Under the pieces are notes generated by a model, which had not been told where the DNA came from, did not search any database, and saw only the letters and a program-made list of their open reading frames with translations. From positions 392,512 to 456,511 of the forward strand of contig NIVC01000735.1 of NCBI GenBank assembly GCA_002269645.1: a stretch of 64,000 bases of DNA. Direction: 5' to 3'. This DNA comes from Macrostomum lignano (Eukaryota). Positions 40,201 to 50,844 of the stretch are shown piece by piece; the first letter of the stretch is position 1, and every line of letters begins with the position of its first letter. The translations under genes and the position numbers were made by a program.

Positions 40201-41769
40201 CGCTCGTATAGAGAGCTCAATTAGTTTGAATGGCGCGTGAGCATCAGAGCCACATGCTCTGACAATGCGCTCGTATAGAGAGCTCAATTAGTTTGAATGG
40301 CGCGTGAGCATCAGAGCCACATGCTCTGACAATGCGCTCGTATAGAGAGCTCAATTAGTTTGAATGGCGCGTGAGCATCAGAGCCACATGCTCTGACAAT
40401 GCGCTCGTATAGAGAGCTCAATTAGTTTGAATGGCGCGTGAGCATCAGAGCCACATGCTCTGACAATGCGCTCGTATAGAGAGCTCAATTAGTTTGAATG
40501 GCGCGTGAGCATCAGAGCCACATGCTCTGACAATGCGCTCGTATAGAGAGCTCAATTAGTTTGAATGGCGCGTGAGCATCAGAGCCACATGCTCTGACAA
40601 TGCGCTCGTATAGAGAGCTCAATTAGTTTGAATGGCGCGTGAGCATCAGAGCCACATGCTCTGACAATGCGCTCGTATAGAGAGCTCAATTAGTTTGAAT
40701 GGCGCGTGAGCATCGTGGACCTCGAAGTCGTTTGGTGCCATCAAATTTATCTGGGGCATGCATTTCTGCTCCTATTGCTGAAGCTGTTCCACCAGATGCT
40801 GATATCCAGAGTTGTAAAGCTGCAAGGGGAACATGAGCTCAGGATTACCAGAGTATCGCTGAATTCCCGGCGATCCGCAGCCGTCGCCATAGTTATATCC
40901 GTCACAACCTTTGTAATTGCCGCATTAAAAGCTCATTCCCAGTTTGTAGCTCCACGGCTGTTGCATTTCGTCGTCTGACCCAGGTGTTTGGTGTGGGCAA
41001 TGCACAATTCGAAGAAAGATCATTCACATTCATTGTCTGCACGCTGATTTACCGTAGTCTATGGTGAAATATATGTTAAGCCATCAATTTTTTGTGCACT
41101 CTAATTTTTTTCTGATGCTGGTCGCTCCATCACTTGCAGCAAGCATTCAATTCGTCAATTTAACTGGGTGTGTTGCTATGGCATACTCGGTAACTGGGTG
41201 TGTTGCTATGGCAGACTCGGTAACTGGGTGTGTTGCTATGGGATACTATGGGATATGGGATATCACTTGCTCAATTCCGAATGCAATGATGACTCAAAGT
41301 CGCACTGATTACACTTTGTAATGACGTCAATCTACCAATGAACACTCTAATTTTTTGCTGATGCATTCGGATTGGGTTGAAAAGTGATTGGTTAAAAGTG
41401 GGACTTGACAATTCCATTCCAGCTGGTCATTGATCCATCCATCTCCGCTATCCTCAGGCGGCGGTGAAGCCTGCTGTTGATCAGTTGCTGGCGCTGAAGG
41501 CGGAGTTCAAGGCCCAGTCCGGCATGGACCACAAGCCGGACCTCATCAAGCAGCTGGACCAGCAACTGCAGGCAGCAGGCGCTTCCGTCGGCCTGGACCA
41601 GCTGCGGCAGATCAAGGCGGCCGGAGACCGGGTGCGCGCAATGAAGGAGTCCGGCGCTGGCAAGGCGGAACTGCAGCCGGCCCTGGACCAGCTGATGCAG
41701 GCGAAGGCGCAGTTCAAGCAGGCCACGGGCAAAGAGTACAAGCCGGAGATGCTGAAGACTCTGACTTGA
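34277..41769 (+). CDS. EPRS: Cytoplasmic glutamyl-tRNA synthetase (GST-like N-terminus, class I catalytic core, anticodon-binding domain, 4 WHEP repeats), the GluRS half of EPRS. Exons about 34277-34891, 35156-35348, 35444-35615, 35704-35828, 35923-36278, 36394-37179, 37302-37535, 39458-39703 and 41458-41769 (stop). The start-codon exon was not located.
   Basis: [16 protein letters not shown] (GST-like); [24 protein letters not shown] (HIGH); RFDDTNP; [23 protein letters not shown]; VLSKR (KMSKS); [12 protein letters not shown]; [13 protein letters not shown]. All junctions are phase-consistent. It ends [15 protein letters not shown]. Confidence 0.93.
37706..38950. repeat. 30-33-bp intronic minisatellite (ACTCGGTAACTGGGTGTGTTGCTGTGGGAT), about 40 copies
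   Basis: Direct reading. A 2-3-unit relic of the same repeat lies at about 41160-41240. Confidence 0.95.
39834..41092. mobile_element. Insertion of about 1.26 kb flanked by a 35-bp direct duplication
   Basis: TGTGCACTCTAATTTTTTTCTGATGCTGGTCGCTC occurs at about 39799-39833 and 41093-41127. The paralogous intron (37630-37700) has this sequence once, uninterrupted. Confidence 0.7.
39978..40714. repeat. 67-bp tandem repeat, 11 apparently identical copies
   Basis: Unit AGAGCCACATGCTCTGACAATGCGCTCGTATAGAGAGCTCAATTAGTTTGAATGGCGCGTGAGCATC; 737 bp = 11 x 67. Confidence 0.95.
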
Positions 41770-42295
41770 ATCAACGGGTTTATGAAATCGCCGCATGCTC
41801 AGCATCTCATTAATTCTATTCTTTAGTAAATTACGAGTGCTCTGCAAGCCGATGGCAACATTGAAGCTTTGTGATCTATCTTTCGCTGGTCTGTCTGATG
41901 TTGGTGTGACTGCCGTGTATGAGTGAGGTTATGGTATATCCAAAATTTACAATTAGTAAAGCAAGTTCAATAAGCACCAATGCTATGTTGTCAGTAGTGT
42001 CAGTTTTTCATGATTTTGCTTTTTCCCATGCGTTTTTTCTTTTCCCCTATTATTTGCCCTTTGACCTTTCTGTCCTGCTCGCATTCTTCCGCCCGAGTCG
42101 AGGGTTTCATTTGATCCTGCGCATCAACAGCGAAGCAAATCAAATACAGACTGAGAGAGATTCAATGTAACTGCTTTACCTGCCTGACCTGTTTGACTGG
42201 ATTCACTTGTATGCGACTTTTTCTTTTGGAGCTTTAAAGTTTATTCTAAACTTTGGGAATTTCCTTCCAATTACTGACTCTGTGCTACTGTCCGC

Positions 42296-42870
42296 CTCAC
42301 CTTCTCTCATCTATCTCTCTTCTCTCCTCTGACTCCCCTTCTCCCATCACTGACTCTCCCCTTCTCTCATCACTGACTCTCCCCTTCTCTCATCACTGCC
42401 TCTCCCTTCTCTCATCACTGACCATCCCCTTCTCTCATCACTGACTCCCCTTCTCTCATCACTGACTCTTCTCTTCTCTCATCACTGACTCTCCCCTTTT
42501 CTCATCACTGACTCTCCCCTTCTCTCATCACTGCCTCTCCCCTTCTCTCATCACTGACTCCCCTTCTCTCATCACTGACTCTTCTCTTCTCTCATCACTG
42601 ACTCTCCCTTTCTCTCATTACTGACTCCCCTTCTCTCATCACTGACCCTCCCCTTCTCTCATCACTGCCTCTCCCCTTCTCTCATCACTGACTCTCCCCT
42701 TCTCTCATCACTGACTCCCCTTCTCTCATCACTGCCTCTCCCCTTCTCTCATCACTGACTCTCCCCTTCTCTCATCACTGACTCTCCCCTTCTCTCATCA
42801 CTGACTCTCCCCTTCTCTCATCACTGACCCTCCCCTTCTCTCATCACTGACTCTCCCTTCTCTCATCACC
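42296..42870. repeat. About 21-23-bp pyrimidine-rich minisatellite (CTTCTCTCATCACTGACTCTCCC) in the GluRS-ProRS spacer
   Basis: Direct reading; about 25 variant units. Confidence 0.9.
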
Positions 42871-43025
42871 GACTCTCCTCATTGCCATTCTTCATTCCAT
42901 CTCTTAAAAGCCCAGCTAACTTTTCTAAATAGTTTTGATTTTGCTCACTAGAGGCATCCGAGTGCAAGTCTCTGACACTACTAACAGTAGTACCCGAATC
43001 GCCCCATGCCGGTGGCAGACGCGGA

Positions 43026-46000
43026 ATGGCTGACGCGGACGCGATTAAGAGTGAAATCGACCAGCTGGGAGACAAGATTCGCGGCTTGAAGGCTGGCGGA
43101 GCCGACAAGTCTGTGGTGGACATTGAGGTGGCCGCACTAAAGGAGCTGAAGCAGCGCTACAAAGACCTCACTGGGGTTGAACTGGCCGGCGGCCGGCCAA
43201 ACAAGAAGACCAAGGAGACTGCAAAGCCCCCGCCAGTCCAGGACGACCAGGACGATGCGGGCCGGAAGCACCAGACTCGGCTGGGCATGGAGGCTAGCAA
43301 GGCGGACAACCTGGCCGACTGGTACTCGCAGGTGAGTTCACTGTTGTGACTCACTGACAGCTGCCCCTGAGAATCGCCCATCGAATCGCCCCTGAGAATC
43401 GCCCATCAAACCGCCCCTGAGAGTCGCCCACATCAAACCGCCCCTGAGAGTCGCCCCCATCAAACCGCACTAAAGAATGGCCCCATCAAACCGCCCCTGA
43501 GAGTCGCCCCCATCAAACCGCACTAAAGAATGGCCCCCATCAAACCGCCCCTGAGAGTCGCCCCCATCAAACCGCCCCTGAGAGTCGCCCCCATCAAACC
43601 GCCCCTGAGAGTCGCCCCCATCAAACCGCCCCTGAGAGTCGCCCCCATCAGACCGCCCATGAGATTCGCCCCCATCAGACCGCCTTAGAACGCTCATCAA
43701 ACCTCTCTCAATAAAAATCCCACCGCAGGTGATAACAAAGTCGGAGCTCATTGAGTATTACGACATATCGGGATGCTACATCCTGCGCCCTTGGGCCTAC
43801 TCAATCTGGGAGATGGTGCAGCGCTACGTTGACGACCGCATCAAGGGCATGGGCGTGCAGAATGTCTACTTCCCCATGTTCGTGTCGAACGCTGCTCTGG
43901 AGAAGGAGAAGACCCACATCACCGACTTCGCTCCCGAGGTTGCATGGGTGACGCGAAGCGGCCGGTCCGACCTGGCCGAGCCCATCGCCATCCGGCCAAC
44001 CTCCGAGACCGTCATGTACCCGTCATTTGCCAAGTGGATCCAGAGCTACAGGGACCTGCCGCTCAAGGTTAACCAGTGGAACAACGTTGTCAGGTGGGAG
44101 TTCAAGCACCCGCAGCCGTTCCTGCGCACCAGGGAGTTCCTCTGGCACGAGGGCCACACGGCGTTTGCCACGCGAGAGGAGGCGGAGGTGGAGGTGAGCA
44201 ATTACCGAATGCTGGCGAACACATTTGAGAAAATTTGAACACCTGAGTAACATTATGTGGGATTTTTATTTGGGATCTAGGATTGGAGATCTGGGATCGG
44301 AGATCTGGGATCGGAGATCTGGGATCGGAGATCTGGGATCGGAGATCTGGGATCGGAGATCTGGGATCGGAGATCTGGGATCGGAGATCTGGGATCGGAG
44401 ATCTGGGATCGGAGATCTGGGATCGGAGATCTGGGATCGGAGATCTGGGATCGGAGATCTGGGATCGGAGATCTGGGATCGGAGATCTGGGATCGGAGAT
44501 CTGGGATCGGAGATCTGGGATCGGAGATCTGGGATCGGAGATCTGGGATCGGAGATCTGGGATCGGAGATCTGGGATCGGAGATCTGGGATCGGAGATCT
44601 GGGATCGGAGATCTGGGATCGGAGATCTGGGATCGGAGATCTGGGATCGGAGATCTGGGATCGGAGATCTGGGATCGGAGATCTGGGATCGGAGATCTGG
44701 GATCGGAGATCTGGGATCGGAGATCTGGGATCGGAGATCTGGGATCGGAGATCTGGGATCGGAGATCTGGGATCGGAGATCTGGGATCGGAGATCTGGGA
44801 TCGGAGATCTGGGATCGGAGATCTGGGATCGGAGATCTGGGATCGGAGATCTGGGATCGGAGATCTGGGATCGGAGATCTGGGATCGGAGATCTGGGATC
44901 GGAGATCTGGGATCGGAGATCTGGGATCGGAGATCTGGGACCTCATTAACGCAACCAGCCCGCCGCTGCCGTCCGCCCAGGTGATGGAGATCCTGGCCAT
45001 GTACGAATACGTGTACGAGAACCTGATGGCCGTCCCGGTCATCAAGGGCCGCAAGACCGAAAAGGAGAAGTTCGCCGGCGGCGACTACACCACCACCGTG
45101 GAGGTGTACATCGGCGCCAGCGGTCGCGCAATCCAGGGCGCCACCAGCCACCACCTGGGCCAGAACTTCTCCCAAATGTTCGACATCGTGTTCGAGGACC
45201 CGGCCACCGGCGAGAAGCGCCACGTACACCAGAACTCCTGGGCCATCACCACCCGGTCCATTGGCGTCATGGTGATGGTCCACGGCGACGACAAAGGCCT
45301 GGTGCTGCCACCCCGCCTGGCCGCCCACCAGCTGGTGCTGGTGCCCTGCGGCCTCACCGTGCGCACAACCGAGGAGGCGAAGCGCGCCCTGCTGGACAAG
45401 TGCAATTCGCTAGCTGCCGAGCTGCGCGCCTGCGGCCTGCGGGTGCATGCGGACCTGCGAGAGCACTACTCGCCCGGCTGGAAGTTCAACCACTGGGAGC
45501 TCAAGGGAGTCCCAGTCAGGATCGAAGTTGGGCCAAGGGACATGGCGGCCAAGCAGGTGCGTTCGCTGCTTCTTTTACATGTACTAACCCATCAATCTCT
45601 CCTCCTAATTACCCATCCCAATCTCATCCATCGCAATCTCACCCCATCTCAATCTCACCCCATCTCAATCTCACCCATCTCAATCTCACCCCATCCTAAT
45701 CTCACCCCATCCCAATCTCATCCCAATCTCACCTATCCGTCCTAATCTCACCCATCCAAATCTCATCCATCCCAATCTGATCATCCCAATCTCACCCATC
45801 CAAATATCATCCATCCCAATCTCACCCCACCCCAATCTCATCCATCCCAATCTCACCCATCTCAATCTCACCCATCCGTTCTAATCTCACCCATCCAAAT
45901 ATCATCCATCCCAATCTCACCCCACCCCAATCTCATCCATCTCAATCTCACCCATCCGTTCTAATCTCACCCATCCCAATCTTATCCATCCCAATCTTAC

Positions 46001-46443
46001 CCTGACCCGAACCCGCACTCTCCATACCGAAGGTGGTGGCGGCCATCCGGTACTCCGGTGAGAAGCGCACCCTGCCAGAGGAGGGCCTGGCCGCCAGTCT
46101 GCAGGCCCTGCTGGACTCGGTGCAGTCCGAGATGTTCGCCCGCGCCAAGGCGGAGCAGGACGCGCGCCTGTCCGTGTGCCCGGACCTGGCCTCCCTGTGC
46201 GCCGCACTGGACAAGCAGCACCTCATCCTGGCGCCATTCTGCGGCGACCCCGACTGCGAGGACCTCATCAAGAAGGACAGCGCGCGCAACGCCATTGTAG
46301 AAGAGGGCGCCCCGTCCATGGGCGCCAAGAGTTTGTGCATCCCCTTCAACCAGCCGGACGAGATCGGGCCGGACACAAAGTGCGTGCATTCCCATTGCGG
46401 CCGCAAGCCCCAATTCTACACCCTTTTCGGCCGCAGCTACTGA
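43026..46443 (+). CDS. EPRS: Cytoplasmic prolyl-tRNA synthetase with one N-terminal WHEP domain, the ProRS half of EPRS. Exons 43026-43331, 43729-44193, 44981-45556, 46033-46443.
   Basis: [44 protein letters not shown]; [10 protein letters not shown]; DWYSQ|[22 protein letters not shown]; [12 protein letters not shown]; [28 protein letters not shown]; [13 protein letters not shown]; [26 protein letters not shown]; C-terminal Zn-site cysteines and FGRSY*. All introns are phase 0 GT-AG. Confidence 0.95.
43365..43685. repeat. About 27-bp intronic minisatellite (CGCCCCTGAGAGTCGCCCCCATCAAAC)
   Basis: Direct reading, ProRS intron 1. Confidence 0.9.
44281..44940. repeat. Perfect 14-bp intronic tandem repeat (CTGGGATCGGAGAT), about 47 copies
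   Basis: Direct reading, ProRS intron 2. It has no stop in any frame, which produces the long spurious ORFs. Confidence 0.97.
45590..46005. repeat. Degenerate 14-15-bp intronic repeat (AATCTCACCC[C]ATCC)
   Basis: Direct reading, ProRS intron 3. Confidence 0.9.
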
Positions 46444-47382
46444 ACGCGCTGCATGTTGTGCTTGAATTCAGCCCGCGTCACTGCCGCATAGCAACTGGAA
46501 ATTCACCTTGGACTCAAATCCTGGCAGTTACTATGCGGCAGGATTGCTCTGTAGCAACGTTTTGGCCTTGAACTTTTAATATTATTATCATAGATATATT
46601 TCAAGTTAAAGGCTAATTTCTTTATTTTTGTCGAGTAACAATTATGAGTTCTCAGTTAAAGCCGGAAATTGAATCAGTCTCTCAGCTTCCCAATCTGCGC
46701 CGATTGTCCTTACAGCCCTGAGCACAGTTCACCTCGCCGCCTACTGTAAGCGCTATATACGGTATGCACTGTTGCCGCTCTGCTCTGCATCGGCTTCTGT
46801 GGCGGCTGCTTTTTTTTGCTAATTTCTTGTCCTAAATGTGCTGTCTTTGACCTGAAACTGTAGTGGTTGGAGCCGGACTGAGTCCACGACTGCTTATCTC
46901 ATTGCTGTTGCTTTTGCATTACCAGCTAAGAAAAATTAGTTATTAAAATTGATCAATCAAAATGCTATGCAAGATGCAGTACGTACTACTGTCAGTAGCT
47001 GGTGGCTGATTTAAAAATGTTCTGTTAGTCTTGGTTACGGAATCGGTTGTGATGCAGTCCTGTCTTCGATGATACTGATATTGATACAATTATCGCAGCA
47101 ACTTAGCAAATAAAATACATTATCGAACCGTCTGGTTTTCTTCTGTGGGGCTCAGCTCAGTAACTGGTGTTTTTTCTGGAACAAACCATTGGCTTGGCTG
47201 CTTTTTAATTGCGATCTTGTCATTTTGCTGCTTTAGAGATTCTTTAGAGATTTCATAAACGCTATCGAATACATTTACGAGTGATTATGAGTATTAATCC
47301 GAATTAACACTAGATATAACGTAATAGGTTTTCCGTAAAAGTCAAATCAAGCTATACTTGAACTGTACAAGTACAAGCCGTA

Positions 47383-48440
47383 ACAGCTCAGGAAACAGCT
47401 GTGGGTAGCGAGTGATCTGCTCAGGGAACAGGTGGCTAGCGGGTGTCTGCTCAGGTAACAGCTGTTGATCTGCTCAGGGAACAGGTGGCTAGCGGGTGTC
47501 TGCTCAGGTAACAGCTGTTGATCTGCTCAGGGAACAGGTGGCTAGCGGGTGTCTGCTCAGGTAACAGCTGTTGATCTGCTCAGGGAACAGCTGTGGGTAG
47601 CGGGTGATCTGCTCAGGGAACAGGTGGCTAGCGGGTGTCTGCTCAGGTAACAGCTGTTGATCTGCTCAGGGAACAGCTGTGGGTAGCGGGTGATCTGCTC
47701 AGGGAACAGGTGGCTAGCGGGTGTCTGCTCAGGGAACAGGTGGGTAGCGGGTGATCTGCTCAGGGAACAGGTGGGTAGCGGGTGAGCTTCTCAGGGAACA
47801 GGTGGCTAGCGAGTGATCTGCTCAGGGAACAGCTGAGTAGCGGGTGATCTGCTCAGGGAACAGGTGGCTAGCGGGTGATCTGCTCAGGGAACAGGTGGGT
47901 AGCGGGTGAGCTTTTTTAGGGAACAGGTGGCTAGCGAGTGATCTGCTCAGGGAACAGCTGAGTAGCGGTTGATCTTCTCAGGGAACAGGTGGCTAGCGGG
48001 TGTCTGCTCAGGTAACAGCTGTTGATCTGCTCAGGGAACAGGTGGCTAGCGGGTGATCTTCTCAGGTAACAGCTGTTGATCTGCTCAGGGAACAGGTGGC
48101 TAGCGGGTGATCTTCTCAGGTAACAGCTGTTGATCTGCTCAGGGAACAGGTGGCTAGCGGGTGATCTGCTCAGGTAACAGCTGTTGATCTGCTCAGGGAA
48201 CAGCTGTGGGTAGCGGGTGATCTGCTCAGGTAACAGCTGTTGATCTGCTCAGGGAACAGGTGGCTAGCGGGTTCTGCTCAGGTAACAGCTGTTGATCTGC
48301 TCAGGGAACAGGTGGCTAGCGGGTGATCTGCTCAGGTAACAGCTGTTGATCTGCTCAGGGAACAGGTGGCTAGCGGGTGATCTGCTCAGGTAACAGCTGA
48401 TCTGCTCAGGAAACAGGTGGGCAGCGGGGGATCTGATCAG
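47383..48440. repeat. Composite minisatellite built from 22-31-bp subunits (GATCTGCTCAGGGAACAGGTGGCTAGCGGGT / CTGCTCAGGTAACAGCTGTT)
   Basis: Direct reading; interleaved subunit types form higher-order repeats. Confidence 0.9.
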
Positions 48441-48999
48441 GCAACAGGTGGGGAGCGGCTGAGAGTTGATTTCAATTTGCTTTACATGTTTAACTTTAGT
48501 ACTTGCCTCTATTTTATATCCATTCTCGAATTCTAAATCGTTTCCAACCAAAAGAAAGTGAAAATCAAAATCAGAGCTCATTTGGTCACTACTCACTAGA
48601 CGTCATAAACTGATCTTTGTTCGTCGCGAGAGTACGAGTATCTGGCTATTTATTTATTGCCGATGGGTCAATCGATTATATTGGATTACGTCGGTAATAT
48701 ACAGTATATTGGATAATATTTTGCTTGCTGCAGAAAAAGCGACGTTAATTTGGTTAGAATTATAGTAGGAAACGCTACATACTACTGCCGTTGTATTAAA
48801 ACTGGCTGAGTAAAAATCCGCAGTTTAAGTTGATTGAGGATAAAAAGTACAGCTACGAGTATAACACTGCAGATTACGTACTATCTCAGCCTAACGGGGC
48901 TGGTTGCGGGCTTTGCAAGTTATTTCTCAGTTAATAAGTAAACAATTTTCGTCTAATTAGTCAGATTAAATCGCTGCTGTTAAGTTCGCAGAGCTCAGC

Positions 49000-50604
<1,605 letters not shown>

Positions 50605-50829
50605 GATTGCAGAATTTCAAGCTTTTAAACGATGAAATTAGCACAAACTAAATTGCTAAGCGATAGCGATAACTATGAAGCTGTCAAGTTGTAGCAGTGC
50701 GCTGCAGTCTGAGGAGACGCGAAAGCTGCCGAGACGAAGTCTAAAAGCGGGGCAAACGAGGCTTCTTATGCTGGCGGGAGGGGCCCGCAGACTTGCCACC
50801 AACCCCTCCCGCCTGCCCCACCCCAGCGC

Positions 50830-50844
50830 GTTGCCATAGACAAC
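50830..50844. promoter_or_regulatory. Candidate X-box (RFX site) upstream of alpha-tubulin
   Basis: GTTGCCATAGACAAC (reverse GTTGTCTATGGCAAC) is a near-palindrome with one perfect GGCAAC half-site. It lies about 60 bp beyond a TATA-like CATAAGA (minus strand, about 50763-50769). Confidence 0.45.

Noticed and set aside
39978-40714. Possible CRISPR array
   Set aside because: The units are identical end to end with no unique spacers, there are no cas genes, and the context is eukaryotic.
44102-45745. Long ORFs with [14 protein letters not shown] / [14 protein letters not shown] repeats, one in frame with ProRS
   Set aside because: They arise from a stop-free 14-bp intronic tandem repeat. Canonical phase-0 splice sites at 44193 and 44981 give a normal ProRS.
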